A stretch of 63,420 nucleotides of DNA, the filler included, from Folioceros fuciformis (taxonomy: Eukaryota): the NCBI GenBank assembly GCA_049999805.1. It is 12 parts of 12 records of this genome, joined end to end, with 100 filler letters (N's around TTAATTAATTAA, not from the genome) between each part and the next. Parts side by side here need not be neighbours in the genome. Positions count along the whole stretch, not along the records: positions 1 to 4,036 come from JBNGIO010001863.1; positions 4,137 to 11,635 come from JBNGIO010001864.1; 10 more parts are not named here. The stretch is one strand, 5' to 3'. The position numbers were made by a program, and so were the translations under genes. Of the stretch, positions 1-10,989 are shown in pieces. Numbering within the stretch: position 1 is the stretch's first letter; each line of letters starts with the position of its first letter. The notes below the pieces were generated by a model. It did not search any database, had not been told where the DNA came from, and saw nothing but the letters and a program-made list of their open reading frames with translations.

Positions 1-680
1 TCCTATAACCCATTGCAAGGAAAGGTAACATCCTATCCCATTCACTTTTATCCATTACTAAGCAATATTTCCTCAAAGTTCTCTTACACGTTTTTACTGT
101 TCTTTTTGCTAAACCATCAGCCTTTGGATGATTTCGAGAAGTAACCCTATGATCAATAAGATATTCGCTTAAAAGTTCATCAAACTCCCCCATAAACTCT
201 GTGCCCTAATCTGTCAAAACTTCAGCACAAGCTCTTAACACACTCAATACATGATTGAGAAATGCCTCCTTGATTACTGCCGCCTTCTTCTCTCTCTTCT
301 TCTCTTAGGGTACCAAAACTATCCACTTTGAGAAATGTTCTATCATTACCAACACATATCTAAATCCTCTACGAGAAACTGGTAACTCTCCAGCCAAATC
401 CAAACTCCATCTATAAAACATTTCCCTAATAGAACGGATGAAGCTGAGAAGTCTTACCTGAAAAACTTCCTTTCACTCTATCACACACTTCACAAGTAGA
501 TACAACCTTCTCTACTACATCCATCATTCCTTTCCAATAATAATTATTCATGAGCAAACTTAACGTTATCTTTGTACCAAAACGCCCTAACTCTTCATGG
601 ATCCTCCATGCCAAACCTATCTTGTCTTCGATTTTAGGCACCTGCTTCATATTTTCCCTAAACAAACAATTTATCATCAA
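1..680 (-). pseudogene. Gypsy integrase (zinc-binding region and core), partial
   Basis: ORF 426-680 RIHEELGRFG...YYWKGM...CEVCDRVK, continuing by manual translation as WSLDLAGELP...IEHFSKWI and TSRNHPKADGLAKRTVK. Confidence 0.88.
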
Positions 681-2210
681 CCCACATGTATCTTCTAGCT
701 CGATTTGTCACTCTATCATTTTCCTTCACGGTCAACATTCTTTTATTTGCCCCCATCATTATACGATCCATTGTATTATGATCCTCCCAAATATCTATTG
801 TTGCCAAAGAATTCACTGAATCTACAAGATTCACTAAATAGGCACTTGGTGTCCACTTAGACACCACTAGATTACACTCCTTACTAACATTTTTATCAAA
901 ATCCTGTATAGAAACCATTGTATCCACCGAACTCCATAGCGGATTCCTTGACAGCACATCTGCATTAGCATGCTTCACTCCTGCTCTATGTTCTATAGAA
1001 AAATTATACTCCTGCAACATGAGCACCCACCTCGCTAACTTGCCTATTAACTTTTCACTTCTCATCAACCACTTCAAAGGCTGATGATCAGGAACTAATT
1101 CAAACTGTGTTCCATACAAATATGGTCTTAAGTGTGACACCGCCCACATTACAGCCAAGCATTCTCCATGACATGACAAATAATTGCTCTTAGTGGTATC
1201 GTTACTCTTGCATGCATAAGCTATCACATGTTCTACACCTGCTTCATCATCCTCCGCGAATACTGCCCCCAATCCAAGTTTTCTCCAATCAGTGTACAAC
1301 TGAAACTTCCTATCAAAATTGGGTCTTTTGAACAACGGTTTAGTCATCAACATACTCTTGATCTCCTCAAACGCCTTTTGTTGATCTTTTCCCCAAACCC
1401 ACACAACTCGTTCTTAAGCAACATTGTCATAGGTCTCACCATCACACTATGATTCGCTACAAAATTGCGATAATAATTTACCAATCCTAGAAAAGACCAT
1501 AAGGTCCCAACATTTGAAGGTGGAGTCATCTTTGCTATTGCTTCCACCTTGACATCACATGGCGCTGTACCTCTAGGAATCATTAAATGACCCAAATATG
1601 CATCCTCTAATGACCCAAATATGCTATCCTAGAGGATGCGAACTTGCACTTCTGTGGATAACAAGTCAACCCCACCTCCATGAGCCTGTCCAACACCAAT
1701 CTAACATGCTCCTTATGCTCCTCCACCTTGCTACTAAAAATTATCACGTCATTAATGTAACACCTTGCAAAAGACAACTCCCTTAATGCATGATCCATCG
1801 CCCTTTGAAAAGCACTAGGTCACCTCATTAAGTGGTCTATAATCTCCACACATCCTTTACTCTGTCCAATTACCATGTACATCTTTCTTTGGTGGAAGCG
1901 CTGTAGCCACTGCATACTCTGAAGACCTAATCAACCCCGCTTCCAACAAACTCTGACACTTCTTGTCAGCTATCTTATTCTCCACCTTGCTCAAACGATA
2001 TGGCCTCCTAAAAACTGGCTCCTTAAGACGAATCTTAAACTTAAACGTCTTGTGTCTACCCAATTCCTCATTAGAAAAAGCAAGCACTTGTCTTCTATCA
2101 TCTAAAATTTTTGCAAAATCTTTGCTATCCTTGACACTGATCTCCTCAGAAATATCCCAACCAAATTCCGCTAACTCTCGTTTCTCACAAATGTTCACAC
2201 CATCAACCAA
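658..2210 (-). pseudogene. Gypsy reverse transcriptase and RNase H, frameshifted and internally deleted
   Basis: ORFs 1857-2210, 1607-1798, 1347-1595 and 658-1404; YIND in place of YxDD, FLGLVNYYRNFV, RNase H motifs. Confidence 0.92.
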
Positions 2211-2399
2211 ACCAGTACTATTTCTAACTTTATGTCCAACTCCGTCATCTTTCCACCCACCTTCATTTGCTTATTCCTATTAAAATCATCATCTCAACTT
2301 CCCTCATCCTCTTGGTCTCCCCCCCCAGTTTATAGCTTAGTGTCCTCAATTGATTAACATGAACCTATTGTTTTCAGCCTTGCCTTCAAAATAAATTTC

Positions 2400-3380
2400 C
2401 ATTTATGCTTCCACTCCTGATAAATCTTTATCGACATCATAAGCCACTTAAGAGTATTCAAATCCATAGCTTGCCCAAGCTTTTTATTTCTCTGATTACA
2501 TGTTATACCCTTTACATAAGTAGAATCTTTTTCAAAGCCCATTGCTCTTTCCCTCTCTATAGGTGATGGGACATCCCATATATTCCTCTTGATATCAAAT
2601 ACCATTCCAGGTCCATCCCCCTTAAATGCATTAGCATTTTTGAAATAAACAAATGTTGGCAATGCCCTTCTAAGCTCACCCTTTTTGTTTACACAATAAA
2701 AAGGTTGCCTATCGTCCAAAACCACCCGTCTGCTCACTCGCCCTTCATCTAAGATCTGATCAATTGTAAGCTCCTCATTCACATGCCAGCAATTTGCATG
2801 TCTCTGTAACAAATGCTTAGGCATCATATTATTCCAAAAATAGTGAAGCTTGTGAGCCCTTAATCCAAACTACACCACATCCAACCTTATGGGTTCCCCC
2901 AAACAATACTTGATCTCCTCAAAATCCTGTCTCAATAGAACCCTTCTGTCCATCTGAGAATCCACATTCTCAATTAAATACCCACATTTCTTCTTTTGAT
3001 GTGTTTGTATAAAATTTAAAATCCTTACTAGCTCATAAAATAGCACAGATCTATAATCCATTAGCCCCTTTCCTTTTCTTATCATCGAGTGTCCCTAGCT
3101 CAATCCGTCACTACAAGATCAATCTCCTCTACCATATGAAATTGTGCTGACCCAATGAGTCCAACATCTTGTGGCCAAGTTGAAAATGACTTTTTTCACA
3201 ACCTCAAGTCTCAACTGCTTTGGGTACTTTCTATACAACTTAAACAATCTAGCCTTTGCAATTGTCTAACAAACCTCATCTGGGTCACAATAAATGTACT
3301 GCTTAACTACATAACCAGCAGCCAGCATAGCCTCCAAACCATATGCAATTCCAGCAAACAACTCAAGCACAACCAATCCA
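2400..3380 (-). pseudogene. C5 cytosine DNA methyltransferase domain (DNMT3-like linear motif order) embedded in the retrotransposon pol; decayed
   Basis: Manual translation: motif I VLELFAGIAYG (3338-3370); II YIYCD; III WPQDV; IV IDLVV..[damaged PC]..GHS (~3085-3125); V GLMDYRSVLFYELVRIL; VI YLIENV (ENV 2963-2971); VIII FGLRAHKLHYFWNN (~2830-2870); IX PIERERAMGF; X LGQAMDLN (~2455-2480). Confidence 0.9.
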
Positions 3381-3698
3381 CATGCAGACAAACTCAAATT
3401 CACAAGTTAATATATTGTACACATGTTCCAATTTACATATTGCCTGCTTTGTACAAGTTTGAATCTTATCATCTAACTGAAACTCAATCAGCCTCTTTTC
3501 TAGTTCTCTAAAAATTCCAATTAATGCTCTATCAACCTCTGCTTTCAACGGATCCTCCTTTTGCTCAACATCACTACATTCTTTAGTACACAACTTTTGC
3601 ATATGACGCGCAACCCACAACTTATCATCCTCATCCTCTTCATCCTACCCTTCTAAAGAAATCGCCATATTTACAACACACGCATCTTGCCCTTCCTC

Positions 3699-4036
3699 CT
3701 ACAACTGTAACTTGAGTGAAATTGTTGCCAAAATCATTCCATCCCCTTGTTGCCAACCTAGACAAAAATAAAACTCCTCTGTCCATGAATCCACACCTCC
3801 TCCTGGCATAAACAGAGCCTCCATATCTAAGATGACATCAAAATTTTCAGACTTGATAATCAAGCACCTCATTTTTATGGTAGTCTTCTCTTCAATTTCA
3901 GGCTTAAAGCACAACTGCAACTTCTCTTTAGTCTCCTCCATCACCGCCTCCAAACCTCCATTAGCCATTCTTATCTTCCACTTGGTCTCCTGTATATCCT
4001 TTCTCCTCAAACCCATTGCATACGTTGTACTAATGT
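3699..4036 (-). pseudogene. Retropepsin-like aspartic protease, C-terminal half
   Basis: KIRMANGG flap-like motif and FDVILD(G) motif; the catalytic D(S/T)G would lie beyond the contig end. Confidence 0.7.
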
Positions 4037-4136
4037 NNNNNNNNNNNNNNNNNNNNNNNNNNNNNNNNNNNNNNNNNNNNTTAATTAATTAANNNNNNNN
4101 NNNNNNNNNNNNNNNNNNNNNNNNNNNNNNNNNNNN
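4037..4136. other. Artificial contig spacer (first of 11)
   Basis: N-run, TTAATTAATTAA (stops in six frames), N-run. Also at 11636-11735, 14214-14313, 19861-19960, 33670-33769, 38914-39013, 44398-44497, 46113-46212, 49011-49110, 51202-51301 and 60809-60908. Confidence 0.99.
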
Positions 4137-4958
4137 TTTACGGCCGGAAGTGGAATATATTGAGGGCAGCCGTATTTCGTTACTGGAACGCCTGGGCACA
4201 AGTGCCTCTACCCTTACTGCTTCGGCTACCGGGGTCGTGGCTTTAGCTACTGGCACCGTACCTCCTCCACCGGTAGCCCCTTCAACTACCTTGGGCGTCG
4301 CGAGACTACCGATAGCCCCCCCGGCTACCGGTTCATGACTACCAATAGCCGCTCCGACTACCGGTTCTGGAACTGGACTACCGGTAGTCCTTTCGGCTAC
4401 CGGCGTCGTCATCTGACCACTACACCCAGCCTTGCCCTTTCCTTTTACTCGCTCTCTGGCCTCGTCCTGCTCTCGTTTGTACCTATCCGCCAGCTTCTGA
4501 GCTTGTTCCATCGCAGCCATCTCCTGCTCCTGGGCCTTGGCCACCTCCTGCTATATTTCCAAATTAGTCTCATGGGCTACCCTCACCTGAGCTAGGAGCG
4601 ACTCCTGTTGCTCCATCAGCGCCTAGATCTCTGCCTTGGCCTAGCGTGCCTCTTCCTCTGCTTGTGCCTTGCCCTCGCTTAGGACCCGCCGCTCTTCTTC
4701 CAGGAACCTTCGTGCCGTTTCAGGCTCCGCCAGCTGTCTCCAAGTTTCGGACTCCTTTCCTCTTGCTTTTGCCTCCCCACTTCGGGCCTCGGCCTCCTTC
4801 TCCGCCTGCCTCCTCAGCCAGGTCAATGCCCTAGCCACCTGGTCCAACACGTCCGCTTGTGCCTACACCATGGCTGAGGTTAGTCGTGGCAAATCCACCT
4901 CCTGCGACTCCATAGGAGCCATTGCCCTCTTGGTTATCTTCCTCCCCAGCACCACTCG
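4137..4958 (-). pseudogene. 3' part of the host element's long ORF (coiled-coil, then low complexity)
   Basis: ORFs 4641-4850 and 4137-4544 are E/A/R/Q-rich and separated by TAG stops; the frame continues from 9124 once the Copia and one TSD copy are removed (..ELEKIRVVLGRKITKRAMAP..). Confidence 0.6.
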
Positions 4959-5142
4959 TGCCGAACCCTGTTCATACTCGTATCAGTGTTTGATATTTCT
5001 AGTCTAGACATTATGAATAGTCATGACGGTTCACACTGTGGCTATTTAAGGCCTACTCTGTAATCACAATGTATCTTGCACTCTAATTTATAAGCTTTGC
5101 TGTTTTGCTCTTACATGGATATCGATCCTACATAGTTTAGCA
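4959..5142 (+). repeat. 5' LTR (184 bp)
   Basis: TGCCGAACCC...GTTTAGCA; no difference from 8940-9123 seen by eye. Confidence 0.97.
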
Positions 5143-5154
5143 TGGTATCAGAGC
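5143..5154 (+). promoter_or_regulatory. Primer binding site (initiator tRNA-Met)
   Basis: TGGTATCAGAGC directly after the 5' LTR. Confidence 0.95.
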
Positions 5155-5863
5155 AGTGAACTGATCCATGTGAGTAAAAACGCTTAACATGCGAATCTAA
5201 CAAGATGACTCCGCTCTCTGAATTCTACTGCGGGATCCGCTGGCATGACCTTGCAATGAGGTTGAAATCTTTGAATCGACAGCTGAGCCATGGAGGAATG
5301 TCCACGTGATCAATTTTTTTTCAAGTGGCAAATCCCCTATAACCCGACTGTCAACCCTGCAATCCACTCGTCACAAAATGGTGCCTGAGGATCTCTGCAC
5401 TGGAGACACCTCCCAATCTGTCAGAGCGAATGCTTGTGCAACAACACTCAGAGATGAAACCTTGTGACTCACACAAAGCAAGGCATGATCAATCATGCCT
5501 TCACGCGAACGACACAAGAGTTGTACACCTACGCCTTCTTCTACTTCCTCTTGGCAACTGTCCGGAAATTCAAGAGAGTTGCACAGCTTGTCCAAGTGAC
5601 TTGCGGTCTTCTCCAAAAGATCAGCACATCTTGCAGGAAGGCTGACTGATCAGGAACGAAATCTCGCAAAATAGCAAAGGGAAAACAACACACCATTGTT
5701 CGATTTTGCATACCTCAACTGATTGGGTTGGAAGGTGTGTCGTTGGCCTGGAAGGCATTCTCCGGGCCTAATTCGCCAAGAAGATTCTGATGTTCAACTT
5801 ATGGCAGGCGTGTTCAAACAGTTGGCACAAGTTGCGGCGGACTGAGAAATATGGTGGTCCACC

Positions 5864-8500
5864 ATGTCCAGCCCACCTTGGGATTCCAGCCCACCAGGCC
5901 ATCATCGGAACCGCAATCCTCGGAACCCACAACCCGGCGGGCGTCGGCCGCTGAGGGGTCGCGGACTCAATAGTCGCCCCGCTTCGCCAGATTCAGAACC
6001 TCCGTTTCCAGAGTACCTCTCGTCAGACTCGGAACCAGGGGGTTCCAGTTCAGACGAAACGGTAACTGACTTAACTGCCAATACCGTTTCGCCACACGAT
6101 ATTTTCTTGGCAACTCGAGCTCCACTTCCTGGACGCTCACCTAGTTCTAGCCCTCTGCGTTCACCAACGAGGCAACACCAACAACATCAGTCAACTATGG
6201 CTGTAAATAATTATACAATTAACAACTTCAAGTATGACTTCAGAGATAAAGACAGATTTAACGGCACTCATTTTGAAGTCTGGCAGCAGAGAGTGAAGGG
6301 CATCCTTGAAGAAATGCAAGTTTGGGAGGTCGTCAATGGTACAGCTCTCAAACCTGCTAATCCTCCAGAAGATGCTGCTGCTTGGGTCGCCAAAGACCTT
6401 AAAGCTCGAAACTTTATTCAATCTGCACTTGACCTGAGTATGATGTCGCATGCTCGGGAGGCCACTTCCTCTAAGGAGATATGGGATTCACTCTGTCAGC
6501 TGCACCAACGAAAGAACGTGTCATCGTTGATACATGCCACACGTGAATTCTTCAATTGTAAAATGAAAGACAATGAAACTGATCATGTAAGTGAAACAGA
6601 ATATGAAGATCCGGAAACTGAACCAAGCTCTCAGGTGGAAGTACCTGTAGCAGAGACTGAGGATGATAACCAACCTGAAGTACCTTTGTCTAAACCCAGG
6701 AGGTCCAGTAGGGTACATACCAAATCCCCGTCTGAGTGGAATCAGGTTCTATACGGCTGGGAAACCAATATGGTCACTTCATCTCATCCCTCTGTGACTC
6801 ATGTCGGTACCCTGAGTAATCATAGAAAGTGCCTTACAGCTGCCCTCATGTCAGCTCAACAGCTTGGTGAGCCGACTACGTTTGCTGAAGCTATGGATTC
6901 ACCTGAAAGACATGAGTGGCAAGCGGCAGTCTTGTCAGAATACACCTCATTGATGGAAAATCATACATGGGATCTGGTTGATCTTCCCAAAGGAAGAAAG
7001 GCACTTACCGGAAAATGGGTCTTCAAGAGAAAACTTAACCCTGATGGGTCAGTTGCTCGCCATAAGGCCAGATACGTCGTACATGGTTACAAACAGATAG
7101 AAGGGTTAGATTATAATGAAACCTTCAGCCTTGTGGTGCGATCATCATCAGTACGCATGCTTCTGGCCATGGCAGCCAAGAGAAGATATGTTGTTCATCA
7201 AATGGACGTGAAGACTGCTTTCTTGCATGGAACCCTTGAAGAAGAAATCTACATAACTCAGCCGGAAGGGTTTGAGGATAAGACCCAACCTCATAAAGTC
7301 TGTCGACTCAGACGAAGCCTCTATGGGCTGAAACAGGCTCCTCGACGATGGTACCAAAGAATGCATGAATTTCTGATCAAATGTGGCTTTGTACAGTCAG
7401 ATGCCGACACCAATGTGTATGTACTCATAGAAGGTTCAGAAATGTCCATTATGGCCTTGTATGTCGATGATACACTCCTGTTTGGACCATCAGAGAAGTC
7501 GTTAGAATGCATTAAAACCATGCTTAAGTCTGAATTTTCTATGACAGATCTTGGGACTCTTACTTTCTTTCTGGGAGTACATATTCATATTGATCTGATT
7601 GCTGGCATAATTTTCCTGCATCAGGCACATTACATTGCACAAATGTTAGAAAGGTTCATGATGACCAAGTGCAAACCTTATGGAACTCCACTTGCAGTGG
7701 GGGAGAAGTTTACTTCAGCAATGTCACCAATAACTGAGGATGAAAAGAAAGAAATGTCACAGAAACCTTACAGCATGGCAGTAGGGTGTCTTATCTGGTT
7801 AAGTGGTTGGTCTAGGCCAGACCTAGCCCCGGCAGCTCGAATCTTCTCGAAATTCCTCTCTAATCCTGGCATACAACATTGGCATGGATTACAGAGGACG
7901 ATCAGATATCTGAAAGGTACCACCTCATTGGGTCTCCAGTATACAAGAGCTGACTCACCTTTAACCTTGGTATGCTACACTGATTCAGATTGGGCAGCAG
8001 ATGAGGACTCTCGTAAGTCAGTTACTGCAAACTGCTCTGTTCTCTCAGGAGGTGTGGTTAGTTGGTCTAGCAAGTCTCATACCGTAGTAGCACTGTCTTC
8101 AACAGAGGCAGAATACACTGCTGCAACTGCAGCAGCTCAGGAGACAATATACAACAGAAGATTCCTTGGGTCAGTAGGCTGTACTCAAGAGGAACCAACT
8201 CAGATTTGGTGTGACAATCAATCAGCCATAGCCTTGGCTTACAATCCCGTACATCATGCTAGAACGAGACATCTCGATGTGAAACAACATTATATTCGAC
8301 AAGCGGTTACCAGTAAGCAAGTTACCTTGGGGTATATCTCGACTGAGCATAACTTGGCTGACCTGTTTACAAAGCCGTTGCCCAAGGACAAACATCAACA
8401 ACTCTGCTACCAGTTAGGACTTCGAGACCCTCCTAACATGAAGGGCATCAAAGAAATCAAGGAAGTCAGTATCGTGAGGAGAGGGAGCAACATGCAGTAA
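5864..8500 (+). CDS. Copia polyprotein derivative: partial Gag fused in frame to RT and RNase H (878 aa)
   Basis: Gag DRFNGTHFEVWQQRV...KEIWDSL; RT KWVFKRK, QMDVKTAFLHG, SLYGLKQAPR, YVDD; RNase H DSDWA, SSTEAEY, CDNQSA, ADLFTK. No CCHC knuckle, protease or integrase motifs. Confidence 0.93.
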   Translation: MSSPPWDSSPPGHHRNRNPRNPQPGGRRPLRGRGLNSRPASPDSEPPFPEYLSSDSEPGGSSSDETVTDLTANTVSPHDIFLATRAPLPGRSPSSSPLRSPTRQHQQHQSTMAVNNYTINNFKYDFRDKDRFNGTHFEVWQQRVKGILEEMQVWEVVNGTALKPANPPEDAAAWVAKDLKARNFIQSALDLSMMSHAREATSSKEIWDSLCQLHQRKNVSSLIHATREFFNCKMKDNETDHVSETEYEDPETEPSSQVEVPVAETEDDNQPEVPLSKPRRSSRVHTKSPSEWNQVLYGWETNMVTSSHPSVTHVGTLSNHRKCLTAALMSAQQLGEPTTFAEAMDSPERHEWQAAVLSEYTSLMENHTWDLVDLPKGRKALTGKWVFKRKLNPDGSVARHKARYVVHGYKQIEGLDYNETFSLVVRSSSVRMLLAMAAKRRYVVHQMDVKTAFLHGTLEEEIYITQPEGFEDKTQPHKVCRLRRSLYGLKQAPRRWYQRMHEFLIKCGFVQSDADTNVYVLIEGSEMSIMALYVDDTLLFGPSEKSLECIKTMLKSEFSMTDLGTLTFFLGVHIHIDLIAGIIFLHQAHYIAQMLERFMMTKCKPYGTPLAVGEKFTSAMSPITEDEKKEMSQKPYSMAVGCLIWLSGWSRPDLAPAARIFSKFLSNPGIQHWHGLQRTIRYLKGTTSLGLQYTRADSPLTLVCYTDSDWAADEDSRKSVTANCSVLSGGVVSWSSKSHTVVALSSTEAEYTAATAAAQETIYNRRFLGSVGCTQEEPTQIWCDNQSAIALAYNPVHHARTRHLDVKQHYIRQAVTSKQVTLGYISTEHNLADLFTKPLPKDKHQQLCYQLGLRDPPNMKGIKEIKEVSIVRRGSNMQ

Positions 8501-8928
8501 CCTACCTAGCCACTTCCTTTCCTCTTCCCTTAGACAAATTACGAGTCGGAACGATATGCAGAATAAGGTCTTCTTTTTAGTGCTACAACATCGTTCTTGA
8601 AACCCTATACTGCAAGGAGCAATCAAACACAGAAGACAGAGAACTGATGCGCTCAAGGAGCTCATGAATCTGTGAGCTTAGGCGGGCATTTCCTTCTCAC
8701 GCAACATCCTTCCCTTCCTCGCCAAGCTAGCCGGATTACACCGCACAGCAAGAAGTGTAACGAGACTGCCATCACAAGCTGGCGACTGTGGAGCAATGTG
8801 AGAACCTGTGATGAATCAGAGTGCTCAGAGTGCTACGAAGAGCAGCGTGCCGAGAGTGGTTAAGGCCACGAAATTAGGGCCAGCAGCCAATAAGGGCAGC
8901 CGCCACAACTCAGCATAATAGTTCTAGA

Positions 8929-8939
8929 CTAAGTGGGGG
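8929..8939 (+). promoter_or_regulatory. Polypurine tract
   Basis: CTAAGTGGGGG directly before the 3' LTR. Confidence 0.8.
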
Positions 8940-9123
8940 TGCCGAACCCTGTTCATACTCGTATCAGTGTTTGATATTTCTAGTCTAGACATTATGAATA
9001 GTCATGACGGTTCACACTGTGGCTATTTAAGGCCTACTCTGTAATCACAATGTATCTTGCACTCTAATTTATAAGCTTTGCTGTTTTGCTCTTACATGGA
9101 TATCGATCCTACATAGTTTAGCA
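8940..9123 (+). repeat. 3' LTR (184 bp)
   Basis: Direct repeat of 4959-5142, followed by TSD ACTCG. Confidence 0.97.
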
Positions 9124-10282
9124 ACTCGTATCTTCTCCAGCTCCCCTGACTACAACCTATCCACCTGAGGAATTTTCCTAAAAACATCCTCCCATTTTGG
9201 AAAGGCTTCATGCTCCAAAGCGCACCCCTTCCCTGAGGAGGAGCCACTTCCATCGCTGGCATCTACTCCTGGGGTGCTTCCAGTTCCTCTTCGTTCGGTC
9301 CCTGCTCTGCCGACCCGTGGTCTGCTAGTTCTTGAACAGCTCCCTACTTCCCCTCAGCCCGTTCCAGGTCTATTTCCTGTGATGCCGACCCGCTTCCTTT
9401 TCTGACAATCTGACCACTGGGCCGTCTCCTCTTGGCGGGAGCCTTTTTCCCTGACCTTGCCTTTCTCTTCTGCCTGGCGGGGGTCCCCTCCTCCGAGCTA
9501 TCTGCATCACCTGATTCCCAGCTGCTAGAGTCGGCTCCCGCTGGCTCGACGAGCTTCCACTTTACATCTCTGATTGGTCTCCACATGTGCAGTGAGGCAA
9601 GCGCTTCCAGCTCAGACACGAGATTAGCATAATAGTAGATATGAATTAGAAAGGGAGAAATCATTGAAGGTCGGGGAGAGGACAGGGTTAGATTTTGCCT
9701 TTCCTCGTCCATCCTGGCATACAGGATTTTCCCCTAGTCCACCTTGCTCCCCTTGACCACCTCGTGCACAAACAGGAGCATCTGGTCGGACAGATAATCC
9801 TGCTCGCGAACTTGCAAGAAACATAGGAATCACCTGGCCAGACCCATCAGCTGAGGGTTGGCCATGTCGTGGACCAGCCACCCATTGGCTTCCTTCTATG
9901 TGCATGGTTTGAGTAGCCATTCGGCCTCCACCGTGCCACCTTGTTTCTTTAGGGACTCCAGCACCAGTCCTCCCTCCTCCTGCTGGTCGCGGTCATACAC
10001 TTGCCTTACCAGCTCCAAGATCCATGCCTGGGGTCTCTCGCAAATTCCCTCTTCTCGGACAGGCTCTCTCATTTTCAGGGCGCACTCCCTAACCAGCTGC
10101 GGCGCCGCATGATTCCACCTTTGGGTTCTGAACCTGAGGCCTAATTCTCCGACCAGTCCTCTATCTCTGACCCTCCAGTGCTCCATGTTGGGCCACAGGA
10201 GCACATCAGTTCTCGGTACAGGGGAGTCTCCCTCTTGCTCAGGTAACGTTACTCCAGGTAGCAACTCTGGCCGTGACCTCAT
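9124..10282 (-). pseudogene. 5' part of the host element's long ORF
   Basis: ORFs 9896-10282 and 9344-9712 joined through stops (..KVD*GKILYARMDEER..SMISPFLIHIYY..), then acidic and NLS-like stretches (RQKRKAR, KRRRP). Confidence 0.6.
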
Positions 10283-10989
10283 CCTGCCTGATTCTTCCTC
10301 GTAATCCGAACCTTGCTGCCCTCCTACGCCTGTGGTCCTCCACCCGCTCTGCTGTACTGCCTAAGCTTCTTGTGGAGGCAAAACCCCGGGCACTGATTGC
10401 CGACGGGTTCCACCTTTAGTGGCCACACTTATCCCACTGTCGTTGAGACATTGGGTTTCGTTCCCACGAAGGAGCGATGGGGTTCCTTGCTGCTGTGGAT
10501 GGAGGGTCGGACTTGATCAACTCGATGATGGATTCGAGGGCTCCCCTCCAGCTCCGATCAGGCGTAGGACAGGCCTCGCTGTCCGGCGGTCAGCTGCACC
10601 TCTCTCGGTGCCCACAAACTCACTCTTGTCACTACAACGACTCTAACCTCTCAGATCTGCGTCTTCCTTCACTCACTTCACTCACTCTCTCGCTCCAGCA
10701 CCAACACCAACAACTACCAGCAACCAGCAACGACACCACTACCTTGTACACTTCCCTACGGACTCCTCCTACCCGGCACGAGTCACTAGACTAACCCCAA
10801 ACAAAAGGAAGAAGGGAACACACTCCCCTCTTGGGTATCTCCTCCCCACAACCTTACCAGACACCATGAGACATGGCCGGCCTACAGCACTTGACCAAGC
10901 AAGGAACAAGAGTGGACAGGTCGGGAGGAAGACACACCCTTTACAATCAAGAGCTAGGGGCAAGCCCCTTCACCCTGGTCATTACACCT

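Larger units (their letters stand above)
1..4036 (-). mobile_element. Degenerate Ty3/Gypsy LTR retrotransposon internal region: PR - cytosine methyltransferase - RT - RNase H - integrase; truncated at both contig ends
   Basis: Minus-strand ORF fragments in Gypsy order: protease half (IRMANG, FDVILD), RT (PVFRRPYRLS, RMCGDYRPLN, CYINDVIIFS), RNase H (FQLYTD, ECLAVMWAV, DHQPLKWL, HANADVLSR), integrase (HEELG..CEVC, HPKADGLA..TVK). Many stops and frameshifts. Confidence 0.93.
4959..9123 (+). mobile_element. Ty1/Copia LTR retrotransposon with complete termini and an internal deletion
   Basis: Two 184-bp TG...CA LTRs, TSD ACTCG (4954-4958 and 9124-9128), PBS, PPT and a gag-RT-RNase H ORF. Confidence 0.97.

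Noticed and set aside
2400-3380. The MTase as a host DRM, CMT or MET1 gene
   Set aside because: Intronless, linear motif order, no UBA/BAH/chromo domain in view, and flanked on the same strand by protease and RT.
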